Shown: positions 37,948 to 49,093, numbered from the stretch's first letter. The stretch is DNA of 64,000 bases from a bacterium (GCA_040390065.1 JAZJZE010000006.1:1-64000), one strand, 5' to 3'. A program made the numbers and translations. The notes: generated from the sequence alone by a model not told the origin.

Positions 37948-38910
37948 ATGCAGAAGCCTGAAGACTCCCGACCCGAGTCGCTGCGCGTGGATGTCCGGAC
38001 CGCCGTCATGGCCGTCGTCCTTGCGGCCCTCGTCGCCGGCTGCGCCGGAGCACCGTCGGCCAAGGCCGGTGACGATGCCCGCGCGGCGCTCGCCGCAGTC
38101 CACTTCCCCTCCATGCTCGTGAAGGTCACGCCCGACGAGCCGTTCGAGACGGTCACCGAATCGACCATCGCCTGGGGGGATGGCGCGTTCGGCGTGCTCT
38201 CGGCTGACCCGCACAGCGGGCTCTATCGCATGAACGTGTATTCCGATGGCAAATCCTACGGCTCGAATCTCGGCATGGGCTGGGTCAGCGCCGAATACCC
38301 CGGACAGCTCGATGGTTCGGCACACGGCTCCCCCTTCCTCGCCTTGTGGAACCTCAGGGACGTCGCAAACGATCCAGCGATGGCCGTCACGATGGCCGAC
38401 GGTGGCCAGAACTTCACCGTGGTCGGTGTCCTGGCCCGGGGCGGTGTCTCCTTCGTCCTCCACATCGACCTTGGCGTCCAATCCGGCACGGCGGTATGGG
38501 CGAGAATGGTCGCCCAAGGAACACGTGAATCTCCATTCACGTTTCATGCCGGAGGGGAGCTCGGCTTCCCGTTGACGGTGCCAGCCAACGCCATGGACAT
38601 CCAGGGAGTCGTGGCCGGCGAGACCGTCGCCAAGAACGGCCACAAGATCATCATGGACTTGATCAAGGACTACACCGACCGCCGCGGCAGCGTCCCGGAT
38701 TCCGTCGACCCCCAGACGCTGCAGCTGGAGCGCATCGCGGCCAACAAGGAGTGGCCAGCCAACCCGTTCAAGGGCGGCGACATGCAGAACGCGCGCCAGG
38801 CGGGCGACTTCGTCTGGACGAAGTGCTCCGACAAGCTGGGCTCCTATGTCGGTCTCGGATGGGACGGCTCCGTCTCCAGCCGCAATTACGGCGGCCAGAA
38901 CTGTCCGTGA
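37948..38910 (+). CDS. hypothetical lipoprotein
   Basis: LAALVAGC lipobox. Start may lie slightly downstream. Confidence 0.7.
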   Translation: MQKPEDSRPESLRVDVRTAVMAVVLAALVAGCAGAPSAKAGDDARAALAAVHFPSMLVKVTPDEPFETVTESTIAWGDGAFGVLSADPHSGLYRMNVYSDGKSYGSNLGMGWVSAEYPGQLDGSAHGSPFLALWNLRDVANDPAMAVTMADGGQNFTVVGVLARGGVSFVLHIDLGVQSGTAVWARMVAQGTRESPFTFHAGGELGFPLTVPANAMDIQGVVAGETVAKNGHKIIMDLIKDYTDRRGSVPDSVDPQTLQLERIAANKEWPANPFKGGDMQNARQAGDFVWTKCSDKLGSYVGLGWDGSVSSRNYGGQNCP

Positions 38911-39042
38911 GGGCAGCCGCCGAGGCCCGCAAACGACTCTCCGCAACGGAGGGGGCGCATCAGAAAGCTTATAGTGGCTCAGGGTCCCTGCAACTTGCTC
39001 CGGAACGGCGCATGCCGGGCCGGGGCCACCGTGGTGCACAAC

Positions 39043-41493
39043 GTGGTCGCTGTCCAATCCCTTCGCAAATTGCCCATCGTCGCCGTCGCCTTGGTGATGT
39101 TGGCATCCGCGCTCATCCTGCCGCCATCGCACATCGTTTCGCCCGCGGACGCGACCGCCACCCCGACGTCGACGAAGTTCGGCATGTCGGGCGCGCGCAT
39201 CTGGAACAACTACAACCTTGCGACCGTCACGGCGGTCGGAGAGGCGGGTCCGAGCGGCGCCTGCGGCTGCGAGCCCACGATGGGCGTCGACTGGGTGCAC
39301 GGCAACGGCAAGGACGCCATTTACCAGGCGATGACCGAGACCTTCTGCCTCTCCTGGGACGACAACCAGCCGATTGGCGTCCCGCCGCAGCTCACGATGA
39401 CGCGCTGCACGTCGCAATTCAACAACTACGGCGCCACGTACGGCGGCGGCGCCGTCCAGCCCAACTACGACCCGATCCTCTATACGGACTTCGACGGCGG
39501 CCGCACCTTCGCCGGCGGCCTCGTCATCAACCCGCCCCCGCCGGCCAACCCGGTGACGCCGATTGTCTGCGGCGTCCTGCCTTACCCCGCCGGCTGCACC
39601 TACGGCTGCAGCGAACTCTCCTTCACCGACACCAACGACGGCTCCGACGGTTGGATGCCCGTCACCGACGCCTGCGCCCTGCCTTCGTGGGATCATGAGA
39701 CGATCAGCGGTGGACCCTGGGCCTTCCCGCCCCCGAGCTGGGCGGCCCCCGGCTCGCGTGCCGTCTATTACTGCGCGCAAGTCGGCGAGATCGCCTGCTG
39801 GACCTCGTACGACGGCGGCGTCACCTTCTCACCGACGAACCTCGCAAACGACCCGAGCAACGACGACTGCACCGGCATCCACGGCCACATGCGCATCGGC
39901 CGCATGTACAAGGGCGACGACGTCGGCGAATCCGGCAGCGACCCGCAGGACGGCCTCGGCTACGCCTACTTGCCCGACAAGGCTTGCAGCATCGGGTCTG
40001 CCGCGGCCGCCGCGGCTTCCACGCCGCCCACGCCGCCTGCCTGCAAGGTCAACCCCGGCAACCTGCCGTGCAAGACCGGCTTCGTCTACAGCAAGGACAA
40101 CGCCCTTTCCTTCATCGAGCGCGAGCGCCCGGACACGAGCTCGACCGACTGCAGCACGAACCCGCCCCCGGCCGGCCCCATCCTGCGCCCCGGCCACATG
40201 GACCCCTCCATCGCGCCGTCCCTTGACAACGGCTGGATCTACCTCGGCGCCGGCGAGCAGGGCGCGACGGCCGGGCAGCCCGGCGGCGCCTACATCGCCA
40301 TGAGCAAGACGAACGGCGCAACGTGGGAAGACGTCGGCGTCGGCAACGGAGCCTGCCCCGGTACGAAATACTTCAACGTCGGCGCCCTCGCTGGCGTCCA
40401 GCAGGCCACGATGGCGGACGTCATGGTCGGCGACGACGACCGCGCAGCCTTCGCTTTCCTTGGCAGCACGGCATCCACCGCGGACTACGACAGTTGCGGC
40501 GGCGGCGCGTCGGCGCACATCTTCAACCTCTACGTCGCCTTGACCTACGATGCGGGCAAGACGTGGACCGTGGACAAGGTCACGACCGACCCCGTGCAGC
40601 GCGGCGGCATCTGGCCCTACGGCGGCGGCGCAACGTGCCGCAACCTCCTCGACTTCAACGACATCGTGACGGACTACCAAGGACGCATCATGATGGCCTA
40701 CAGCGACGGTTGCGTCGGCACTTGCGCCGGGCCGACCGGAACCTCCGGCATGTCGACGAGCGCGGACGCCGCGGTTGCTCGTCAGACGACGGGTCGTGGT
40801 CTGTTGAAGGCGTATGACATTCCGGATCCTCCGCCAACGCCGTTGCCGGATGATTCTTCGTCGCCCAGTTCCGCGGGCCCCGTGCAGTATCAACCGTATG
40901 GGCCGGAAGTGACGGATACGAATGACCAGGATGGCGATGGCGTCATCGATGCCAACGACGACTGCAAGACCGTCCCCAACGCAGACCAGAAGGACACTGA
41001 CATGGATTCCTTCGGCGATGCGTGTGATGCGGATGATGATGGCGATGGTATCCTCGATGGTGCCGACAATTGCCAATTCGTCCCTAACGCGCAGCAACTC
41101 GATGCCAACCACAACAAACTCGGTGACGTCTGCGATGCGGATGCGGACGGCGACGGCAAATTGAATGCCGCCGACGATTGTTGGCTCATGCCGAATGCGG
41201 ATCAAGTCGACTTGGATCGCGACGGCATCGGCGATGTTTGCGACAAGGACCGCGACGGCGACGGTGTCCCCGACTCCAGCGACGCCTACCCTGATGACCA
41301 GTCGCGTTGGAACGGCGACCTCGTGGATGCCGCGGGCGCTCCGCAGACCATCGGCGAAGACCACCGCCCCATGAATGGCGTCGAAGCCAAGACGGCCGGC
41401 AGCACCAGCAGCATGCCCGTCCTCATGATCGCCGGAGCCCTCGTCATCGCAAGCATGCTCGCCCTCATGCTCCTCATGCTGCGGCGAAAGTAA
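39043..41493 (+). CDS. membrane-anchored BNR/sialidase-like propeller protein with TSP3-like repeats
   Basis: Signal peptide, Asp-boxes SYDGGVTF, SKTNGATW, TYDAGKTW, about 3.5 TSP3 repeats and a C-terminal TM + RRK. Start inferred from GGTG RBS and CTTATA. Confidence 0.8.
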   Translation: MVAVQSLRKLPIVAVALVMLASALILPPSHIVSPADATATPTSTKFGMSGARIWNNYNLATVTAVGEAGPSGACGCEPTMGVDWVHGNGKDAIYQAMTETFCLSWDDNQPIGVPPQLTMTRCTSQFNNYGATYGGGAVQPNYDPILYTDFDGGRTFAGGLVINPPPPANPVTPIVCGVLPYPAGCTYGCSELSFTDTNDGSDGWMPVTDACALPSWDHETISGGPWAFPPPSWAAPGSRAVYYCAQVGEIACWTSYDGGVTFSPTNLANDPSNDDCTGIHGHMRIGRMYKGDDVGESGSDPQDGLGYAYLPDKACSIGSAAAAAASTPPTPPACKVNPGNLPCKTGFVYSKDNALSFIERERPDTSSTDCSTNPPPAGPILRPGHMDPSIAPSLDNGWIYLGAGEQGATAGQPGGAYIAMSKTNGATWEDVGVGNGACPGTKYFNVGALAGVQQATMADVMVGDDDRAAFAFLGSTASTADYDSCGGGASAHIFNLYVALTYDAGKTWTVDKVTTDPVQRGGIWPYGGGATCRNLLDFNDIVTDYQGRIMMAYSDGCVGTCAGPTGTSGMSTSADAAVARQTTGRGLLKAYDIPDPPPTPLPDDSSSPSSAGPVQYQPYGPEVTDTNDQDGDGVIDANDDCKTVPNADQKDTDMDSFGDACDADDDGDGILDGADNCQFVPNAQQLDANHNKLGDVCDADADGDGKLNAADDCWLMPNADQVDLDRDGIGDVCDKDRDGDGVPDSSDAYPDDQSRWNGDLVDAAGAPQTIGEDHRPMNGVEAKTAGSTSSMPVLMIAGALVIASMLALMLLMLRRK

Positions 41494-41615
41494 GGCGCTT
41501 CATCGGCCGAAACCAGCCGAAACTGCCCTCGCTGCGCGTTCCACCGGCCGCTTGCCACCCTGTTGCCAGCCCAATCGGCAAGTTGCGTAGCATCGGCCAA
41601 ACTCCTTCGGTGGCG

Positions 41616-41624
41616 TTTTAAATA
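41616..41624 (+). promoter_or_regulatory. TATA box of giant protein 1
   Basis: TTTTAAATA ending 73 bp before ATG 41697, with a GAGGT RBS. Confidence 0.7.
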
Positions 41625-41696
41625 CCCCCATCATGGTTCAACCTGCCATTGTCCCTAGGGAGACCATCCCAAGGGCCAATTGATCGAGGTCCCACG

Positions 41697-44600
41697 ATGC
41701 AGCGCACGCAACCCACCGGCCGCCTGAACAGGTTCTCGGCCCTGACCCTGACGTCTCTCCTGGTAGTCGCCGGGCTTTTCGTCATCCCCCTGCTGGCCCC
41801 GAACGTCAGCGCTGCACCGCCCGTGGTCGCCAAACAATGGTACCAGGACCTCGACTGCAACGGCCACGTCGACGCGGTCACCATTGTCTTCAACGACCCG
41901 CTCGGCACCGCCGTGGCGATGAAGGACGACTCGATCCGTCCCTCCGACTTCACCCTCACCTACGCCCTCGGCACGGGCACCATCAGCATTCCCGCCAACG
42001 GCTTCATGACGACGGCACCCGTCCCCGGCTCCGGCTACCCCGCCGCCGGTTGCGTTGCCGGTGTCACCGCAGGCCTACCGTCCTCTCCCGGCACGAACCA
42101 ACCGACGGCGGCCAACGGCTGCCCCGCCGGAGCCGGCATCGACGACTCGTGCTTCACCCTCCTGTTCCCTGAAGGCCTCAACCCGGACGGCGGCCCCACG
42201 AACAACGGCGGCACGGCCTACAACCCGCCAGCCATCACGTACAACCCTGACGCTGCGGCACCGGCGCACACCGTCGCGGGCATCAACCTCGCGTCGCTTG
42301 GCGCTTGCGCCTCCGGCACCTGCCGGTTCGACGCGACCGCGCCGACGCTGCGCGCGGCCTACGCCAAGACCGGCGATTCGACCATCACCGTCCTGTTCTC
42401 CGAGAACGTCGGCGTCGGCGCCAACGCCGGCACCGTCCCGGCCGCCACGGACTTCTGCGTCACCGGCGCCGCGCAACTCGCGGGCAGCCCCCCTGTCTCC
42501 GTCCCGTCCGGAAGCCTGCCCAACCGCGGCTTCAAACTGACGCTCACGGCGCCCATTGCCAACCCCGCGGCCGTCACCGTCGGCGTCGGCAGCGGCACCT
42601 GCACCTCCAACATCGTCGACACCGCCGGCAACATCGTCCCCGGCCGCACGGTCACGACGGGCGCGCCCTTCGTCAACCGCGTCTATGCGAGCGCCGGCGA
42701 CGCGACCCTCGTGATCGAGTTCAACGGCCCCGTCTGGGACGGCACGACCGACATCACGCAGATTCAGAGCACCTTCGAGGTCATCACGGGTTCCGGCTCC
42801 GGCCTCACCGGCCTGCAGAGCACGGGCTTCCACACGAGCGGCTCCGACCGCGTCCAGGTCTCGGCCCAAGGCTCGCCGCCTAACAAGTGCGACATCACCC
42901 AGTCGGCGACCGATTGCGGTTCCGCCAACGCGGGCACCCGCATCCGCATCGCGGCCAACAAGATCTTCGGCTTCAAGGCGACCGGCATTCCTGAACAGCC
43001 CACCGGCACTCCGGTCGGCCCGTGCGTCTTCACCAACACCGCGGAGGATTTCTGCCTCAACGACCCCGTCAATGTCCCGACGCCTCCCGCCGGGGTCTCG
43101 GGCTCCATCACGGCGCCGCGCGTCGTGCAGTTCATGACCGAGGACACCAACCAGAACGGTTGCCTGGACACCATCAAGGTCACGTGGAACGAGAAGATGG
43201 ACGACAGCACGATTGGAGGAACGGGCTGGCGCGTCTTCTTCCCCAACGAGGTCGTGCAGACGCTGCCGACGATGCAGTCGCTTGAGCCGACGACCGGCGC
43301 CGGCGCGGCGAACGACCAGTACACGTACCTCAACTTCCTTGCGGGAGAGACCTGCACCGGCTCCACCCCGTCGCCCTACGGCAACACGGGCGTCCTGCCC
43401 CGGGTGTCCTTCTGCGACGGCATCGATGTCTCGCGCTCCGGCGCCTGCCTCACATCGACCAAGGACTTTTCGGGCCTGTTGAACACTGGCAGCCAAATGG
43501 TCGCCGGCAACAACATGGCTCTCAAGAATTACATCTACCGCGCCCCGACGGTCGACGGCGCCAAGCCTGTCATCGTGGCGGCTTCGACGCGCGACACGGC
43601 CCCCAACGACGGCTACCTCGACGCAATCAAGATCCAGTTCTCCGAGGGCATTGATGCAACCACGGTCGACGCGACGCAGTGGACGGCGGTCATCCCCGCC
43701 TGGACCGTCGCGGCCCGCTGCCCGCGCGCCGTCGGCTTCACCTACTCGGTGACGAGCGTCACGACGACCAACTCCAACCCGCAGACCCAGCCCGCGCTGC
43801 CGACCCTCGGCACACTCGCAGGCGACGTCATCCTCAACCTCGCGGCCACCCCGGTCACGAACCCGGTTGGCGACTCGGGCTGCGTCCCCGACGTCACGTA
43901 CACGGGCGGCGCCAAGTTCGTCAAGGAGTCCAGCGCCACACCGGGCGGCCTGCTGGCCAACAACGTCCCGGCGGACACGTCGATTGGCGTCTGCGCAGCG
44001 GACGGCACGCTCGGCGGCAACGGCAACACGTTCACCAACAACAAGCTGTGCGAGAACGATGGTGCGCCCCCCGTCATCATCCCGTCCCTGACGTTGGGCA
44101 CGGTCGGTTCCGACACGGCGTACGTCACGATGAGCGAGCCAGTGTTCGGTTCGGGCGGCGGTGCGCCTCCGGCAACCTGCGGCACGCCGGCGGCCGGTGG
44201 CACATGGGCGGCTAGCCAAGGCTTCCTGCGCGCCTCCGACTTCGACTACCAGGACAACTCCAACGGTGGCGCCACGGGCATCGCCGGAGTGAGCTCCATC
44301 AGCAGCGACTGCCGCAAGTGGCAGATCACCCTCAACGTCCCGAACGGCGGCGGCCTCAGCAGCTCGGACCAACTCGCCGACTGCATCCAGTCGCGCATTC
44401 CCACGTCGTCTGCCCAGGAAGGCATCCGCGATGCGGTCCCCGCAGCGCCTTGGGTCTCGCCCCCGGCCACACCGACCGGCATCGGCAACGTCGGCTACCC
44501 GACGGACGGCGCAACCATTCCCTGCGTCAAGTTCACGACTGGACCCTCGCCGGTCTCCGGCGCCGTCACGATGGACTCCGACAGGGACGGCTCCCTCGAC

Positions 44601-47600
44601 GCCATCCAAGTCACGTTCACGTCGAGCGTCAAGGACATCGTCACCAATGCGGCGACACCGGCCTTCGTGGCCGCCGCCTGTCCGGGTGACGCGGACTGTG
44701 GCGCCGCGTTCAAGGCCATCAGCGGATCGCTGGTCTGCCGCGTCGACGTCCTTCCGACTGCCGCTGGCACCGTCGGCCCCGAGGACCGCTTCTACGCCCA
44801 CGTGGGCGGCACATGCACGGCCACCGTCGCGGACGGAGACTTCCGTTACTCCGGAATGCCGGGCACGGCCGCCATCAACAAGAAGGCAGGGACCCCGGTC
44901 GTCTGTGTCGGCACGGCGGACGCTGACTGCGGCAATACCCTCACCGGCGTCACGGGAGGCACTCTGCGCCGGGTGGGTGGCCCAGGCAGCGGTGGCGCTC
45001 CCACGGCGACGGACCTGCTTTACAACGACGTCGGCGGCTCAAGCACGACGAACGTCGAGAACGGCGACTTCCGCCTGTCCGGCGCCGACTCGCGCGCCTG
45101 GTCCGTGACCTTCCCGTCCGGCGTCGCCATCGTGAGCGGTGTGAGCAGCGGCCAGGCCACCGGCCCCGGCACGCACTCCAACACGTTCGGCACCGCCCCC
45201 ACCGGCGCCGCCTGCCACGACTCGACGATCCTGACGGCCAACGTCGCCAACGACAACATCCTCTACATCTGCTTCGAGGAACTGCGCGACGCGGCCGGCA
45301 AGCTCATCCCGAACACGGGCGCGGTCCCGACGTTCAGCTACATGGGATCGACCCTGCTTGACTCGACGGGCGGCGTGATTGGTGTCTTCAACAACCAGGC
45401 GACGGTCGACGGCGCGCAGCCAGTCCTGGTCTCCGCCTTCGTCGGCACGGTTGCCACCGGCGCGTTGCCGATCCTCGGCGCGCAGCCCAAGACGATCACG
45501 GCCACGTTCAGCGAGCCGGTCACCGAGACGGGTGGCAACGCTCTCTTGGTCTCCGACTTCGCTTACACGAACGGCAACGCAGGTGCGGCCAACACGAACT
45601 GCCCCAGCGGCGCCGCGAGCCTTGCATCGCTCGTCTCCGGCGGCACGGCGCCCACGGGAACGCTCAGCCAGACGCACACGGTCGTGCTCACGACGGACGG
45701 GCCCATCACGACCTTCGACGTGGGGCCGAACCCCGTCACGGGCGTCTTCCTCGCCGGCGGCGGCACATGCCTGACAGTGTTCGACAGCGTCCGCGCCATC
45801 TCTGGCCAAGTGGTCGAGAAGGCGGCTCCGCACGCGACCGTCTACACGCCGGCCTCGGCCCTGCGCCTCACGGACGCGGAAGCTCCGAGCATCGCGAGCG
45901 CTGGTTTCATCGACGCCAACGGCGACGGCATCATCGACGCGGTCCAGGTCAAGTTCAACGAAATGGTCAACGACGCTCCGCTGACGGCCGCCGACTGGTC
46001 GGTCAAGATCGGAACGCAAGCGCTGACCATCAAGGCCGTGACGACGGGCCAAGACGGCACCGAAACCGTCGACGGGCCGGGCGTCTGCCAGAACACGTAT
46101 TCGCTCGCGACGGGCACGGGCGCCGTGAAGACGGTCTTCGCGCTGTACCCGGACGAGGTCACGCCCGCAACCGGATTCGGCAAGGGCCTCTTCGACGACA
46201 CCATCTTCCTCTGCCTCAACCCCGACGCGGCGACCGCCAACGGCGGCACCAAGACGCTGGGCACGGGAGCCACGGGCTCGCTGCTGTACTCCGCCGCTGC
46301 CCCCGCAAGCCGCATCACGGACGTCCAGATGGCGACGAACAAGTTGCAGGACCTCGCCGCGGCGGTCACCATCGCAGACCTGGCTCGCCCCGTCATCCTG
46401 AACAACTGCCGCGTCGGCTCGGTCCAAGCCGGGGCCACCTGCCCCGCAGATGTGTCCGACGTCAGCGTCGAGACGGTTGACCTCAACAGCAACGGCAAGA
46501 TTGACGCGCTGAAGGTCACGTTCTCGGAGAAGGTCAAGGACAGCACGTTCACGGTCGGCCAATGGAACCTCGCCGCACGCGCGCTCACGGGCATGCAGAG
46601 CGGCTCCATCGTCCCGACGCCGGCCGGCGAAGTCGACGACGCAACCATCTACCTCACCTTCGCCGAGGCCTCGTCGCTCGACAGCGGCACGGGCCGCTAC
46701 GGCTCGGCCACCATCCCCGACGTCGCGTACTTCGGTTCCGGCTCGATGAAGGACCTCAACAACAACCTGCTTCGCGGGGTGAGTCCCGGCGCGTGCAACG
46801 CACCGACCGTCGGCTGCTCCGACGAACGCGACGGCGCTGCCCCGACCATCGTATCCATCACGGCTGCGCCCGGCACGAACCTGGTCACCATCCAGTTCAG
46901 CGAGAACGTCGGCACGGGTGCGACGGGCACGGGCGCCATCGGCACGGCCGACCTGGCGTACGTCAACACTGCCTCGGGCGGTGCCTCCAGCATCAACAGC
47001 ATCAGCCACGCCGTCGGCAGCTCGACCCTGACGCTCACGCTGAATGCCAACCTGAACTCGGCCGATGTGGCAAGCGGCGGAGACAAGATCGTCTTCACAC
47101 CGGGCAACATCAAGGAGTTCAACTGCGGCGCCCACACGCCCCCGTACGCTTACCCCATCGTCGGCCCTGCGGCGCCCAACTCGTGCTACCGCGAAATCGC
47201 GATCACGCAGTCCAGCGTCGAACTCGCAGGTGTCAAGAGCCACGCGCCGCCGACCGCCCCGGTCCTCACGAAGGACCCAACCGGTGACACGGCAACGGGC
47301 GCCAAGTTCACCTGGACGGTCCCGACGACATCCGGTGGCGCGACCCTGGCATCCTACGAGTTCTTCGTGTGCCAGGCCCCGACGCTCCCCGCGTCGCACG
47401 CGGGCTGTGTTGCTCCGACCGGCGGCCAACCCGCCGCCTCGGCCACGTCGCTCACGGTGACCGGCCTTACGACGGGCAGCACGTACAGCTTCGGCATCCG
47501 TGCCATCGACTCGGACGGCCTGGCTGGCGCCGACTCCAACGGCATCAACGGTTATGTCCCGGCCGCGCCGGACACCGATCCGCCCTGCGCCATCACCGAC

Positions 47601-49061
47601 CTCTCGGTCGGCACGACGACCAGCAACTCGGTCACCCTGACATTCCAGTCGCCGTTCGAGGACTGCGCCGCCCACGCGGGCAAGGTCAAGAGCTACAAGG
47701 TTGCCGTCTCGACGGGCACCGCGATCGGTTCGCAGGCGCAGTTCGATGCAGCCGTCGCGACGACGGGCCTGTCGTTCAGCCCCGCCACGCCGCAAGCGAA
47801 CCCGACGCTTCAGGGGCTGACGGTCAGCAACCTCCAGCCCGGCCAGCAGTACCTCATCAGCGTCGAGGCCGTCGACGACGCCACCCCGACGGCCAACGTC
47901 GGTCCCCTCGGCGCCGCCGTCCCCGCAACGCCGTCGGCTCCTGGTGGGACGCCCGCCAAGATCGTCGACCTCGCCGTCACGGCCGGGTCGGCCTTCGGCA
48001 GCGTCGACCTTTCATGGTCAGCGCCGCCCAAGGACAGCCTCCTCGGAACGGGCACCGTGACGGGCTACGATGTCCGCATCACGACCTCGCCCGGTGGCCT
48101 CGGTGTCCCGGTGAGCAGCAGCGACCTGAGCTTCGGCTTCGGAACGCCGGGAGCACCGGGCCAACCGCAGAGCGCCACCATCTCGGGTCTGTCCGCCGAC
48201 ACGACGTACTACATCACCGTCGCCGGCAAGAACCTCGGCACGACCGGAACGCCGTCGACCCCCGCGTCGATCACGATCGGTTCCGACCCCAACGCGCTCA
48301 CCGTCGCGGCACTGACCGCGTTCGAGACCAGCTTCGCGAACACCCTCAAGGTCACGAACTCGGGCGGCACGAACACGCTGACCTGGGACACGCCGCCGGG
48401 CGACGCGACGCACGCGGCCGAGGGCATCCAGATCTGGAAGTCCACGAACGGCGGCCCGTACACGCTGGTCAAGACCATCTCGTCGCTCAGCCCCGAGTAC
48501 GGCCTGAAGTCGATGACGGACCCCGGCTCGTCCTCGGACAAGTACCGCGGGACGGTCTACTACGGCAACACGGCGGCCAGCGGGTTTGCCGCCAACGGCG
48601 ACCCCAACAGCATCCCGGGTTTCTCGAGCCTCCACGAGGCCAGCGCATCGTCCAACTTCCTGGGTCTCGACCCCATGATCTGGTGGATCATCATCGCGGC
48701 CGTCGGCCTGCTGTTGCTGCTGCTCATCATCCTCCTCATCGTCCGCAGCCGCCGCAACAAGGGCGGCGACTTCGCCGAGGAAGACGACGACGGAGGCTTT
48801 GCCGCGGTCGACGAGGGTGCCGAGGCGGCGCCTGCCATGGAAGCGCCCGATGCCCCGCCGGCGGATGCAGCCGCGGATGCGGCCGCAGCTTCGGCCGCCG
48901 TAGCCGCCGCCGCAGAGACGCCGCCGCCCGCGCAACCACAGGCCTCGGCCGAAAAGCACTACCTCACGTGCCCCAAGTGCACGACCGAGTTCACGGCCAT
49001 GGGTGTCAAGCCGCTTGCCATCCAATGCCCGAACTGCGGTGTCCGCGGCACGCTCCGTTAG
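41697..49061 (+). CDS. giant single-pass surface protein 1 (DxDxNG/Ig-like repeats, FN3, TM, cytoplasmic Zn-ribbon)
   Basis: Signal peptide, six DxDxNG-x-[ILV]D-x-[IVL]-x-[VI]-x-F-like units, FN3-like WTVP/WSAP domains, TM WWIIIAAVGLLLLLLIILLIV and CPKC...CPNC. Confidence 0.88.
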   Translation: MQRTQPTGRLNRFSALTLTSLLVVAGLFVIPLLAPNVSAAPPVVAKQWYQDLDCNGHVDAVTIVFNDPLGTAVAMKDDSIRPSDFTLTYALGTGTISIPANGFMTTAPVPGSGYPAAGCVAGVTAGLPSSPGTNQPTAANGCPAGAGIDDSCFTLLFPEGLNPDGGPTNNGGTAYNPPAITYNPDAAAPAHTVAGINLASLGACASGTCRFDATAPTLRAAYAKTGDSTITVLFSENVGVGANAGTVPAATDFCVTGAAQLAGSPPVSVPSGSLPNRGFKLTLTAPIANPAAVTVGVGSGTCTSNIVDTAGNIVPGRTVTTGAPFVNRVYASAGDATLVIEFNGPVWDGTTDITQIQSTFEVITGSGSGLTGLQSTGFHTSGSDRVQVSAQGSPPNKCDITQSATDCGSANAGTRIRIAANKIFGFKATGIPEQPTGTPVGPCVFTNTAEDFCLNDPVNVPTPPAGVSGSITAPRVVQFMTEDTNQNGCLDTIKVTWNEKMDDSTIGGTGWRVFFPNEVVQTLPTMQSLEPTTGAGAANDQYTYLNFLAGETCTGSTPSPYGNTGVLPRVSFCDGIDVSRSGACLTSTKDFSGLLNTGSQMVAGNNMALKNYIYRAPTVDGAKPVIVAASTRDTAPNDGYLDAIKIQFSEGIDATTVDATQWTAVIPAWTVAARCPRAVGFTYSVTSVTTTNSNPQTQPALPTLGTLAGDVILNLAATPVTNPVGDSGCVPDVTYTGGAKFVKESSATPGGLLANNVPADTSIGVCAADGTLGGNGNTFTNNKLCENDGAPPVIIPSLTLGTVGSDTAYVTMSEPVFGSGGGAPPATCGTPAAGGTWAASQGFLRASDFDYQDNSNGGATGIAGVSSISSDCRKWQITLNVPNGGGLSSSDQLADCIQSRIPTSSAQEGIRDAVPAAPWVSPPATPTGIGNVGYPTDGATIPCVKFTTGPSPVSGAVTMDSDRDGSLDAIQVTFTSSVKDIVTNAATPAFVAAACPGDADCGAAFKAISGSLVCRVDVLPTAAGTVGPEDRFYAHVGGTCTATVADGDFRYSGMPGTAAINKKAGTPVVCVGTADADCGNTLTGVTGGTLRRVGGPGSGGAPTATDLLYNDVGGSSTTNVENGDFRLSGADSRAWSVTFPSGVAIVSGVSSGQATGPGTHSNTFGTAPTGAACHDSTILTANVANDNILYICFEELRDAAGKLIPNTGAVPTFSYMGSTLLDSTGGVIGVFNNQATVDGAQPVLVSAFVGTVATGALPILGAQPKTITATFSEPVTETGGNALLVSDFAYTNGNAGAANTNCPSGAASLASLVSGGTAPTGTLSQTHTVVLTTDGPITTFDVGPNPVTGVFLAGGGTCLTVFDSVRAISGQVVEKAAPHATVYTPASALRLTDAEAPSIASAGFIDANGDGIIDAVQVKFNEMVNDAPLTAADWSVKIGTQALTIKAVTTGQDGTETVDGPGVCQNTYSLATGTGAVKTVFALYPDEVTPATGFGKGLFDDTIFLCLNPDAATANGGTKTLGTGATGSLLYSAAAPASRITDVQMATNKLQDLAAAVTIADLARPVILNNCRVGSVQAGATCPADVSDVSVETVDLNSNGKIDALKVTFSEKVKDSTFTVGQWNLAARALTGMQSGSIVPTPAGEVDDATIYLTFAEASSLDSGTGRYGSATIPDVAYFGSGSMKDLNNNLLRGVSPGACNAPTVGCSDERDGAAPTIVSITAAPGTNLVTIQFSENVGTGATGTGAIGTADLAYVNTASGGASSINSISHAVGSSTLTLTLNANLNSADVASGGDKIVFTPGNIKEFNCGAHTPPYAYPIVGPAAPNSCYREIAITQSSVELAGVKSHAPPTAPVLTKDPTGDTATGAKFTWTVPTTSGGATLASYEFFVCQAPTLPASHAGCVAPTGGQPAASATSLTVTGLTTGSTYSFGIRAIDSDGLAGADSNGINGYVPAAPDTDPPCAITDLSVGTTTSNSVTLTFQSPFEDCAAHAGKVKSYKVAVSTGTAIGSQAQFDAAVATTGLSFSPATPQANPTLQGLTVSNLQPGQQYLISVEAVDDATPTANVGPLGAAVPATPSAPGGTPAKIVDLAVTAGSAFGSVDLSWSAPPKDSLLGTGTVTGYDVRITTSPGGLGVPVSSSDLSFGFGTPGAPGQPQSATISGLSADTTYYITVAGKNLGTTGTPSTPASITIGSDPNALTVAALTAFETSFANTLKVTNSGGTNTLTWDTPPGDATHAAEGIQIWKSTNGGPYTLVKTISSLSPEYGLKSMTDPGSSSDKYRGTVYYGNTAASGFAANGDPNSIPGFSSLHEASASSNFLGLDPMIWWIIIAAVGLLLLLLIILLIVRSRRNKGGDFAEEDDDGGFAAVDEGAEAAPAMEAPDAPPADAAADAAAASAAVAAAAETPPPAQPQASAEKHYLTCPKCTTEFTAMGVKPLAIQCPNCGVRGTLR

Positions 49062-49071
49062 GCCGGTCCAG

Positions 49072-49093
49072 CCTTTTCTCCCCTTTTCCCCCC
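49072..49093 (+). terminator. pyrimidine-rich archaeal terminator
   Basis: CCTTTTCTCCCCTTTTCCCCCC just after the stop. Confidence 0.55.
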
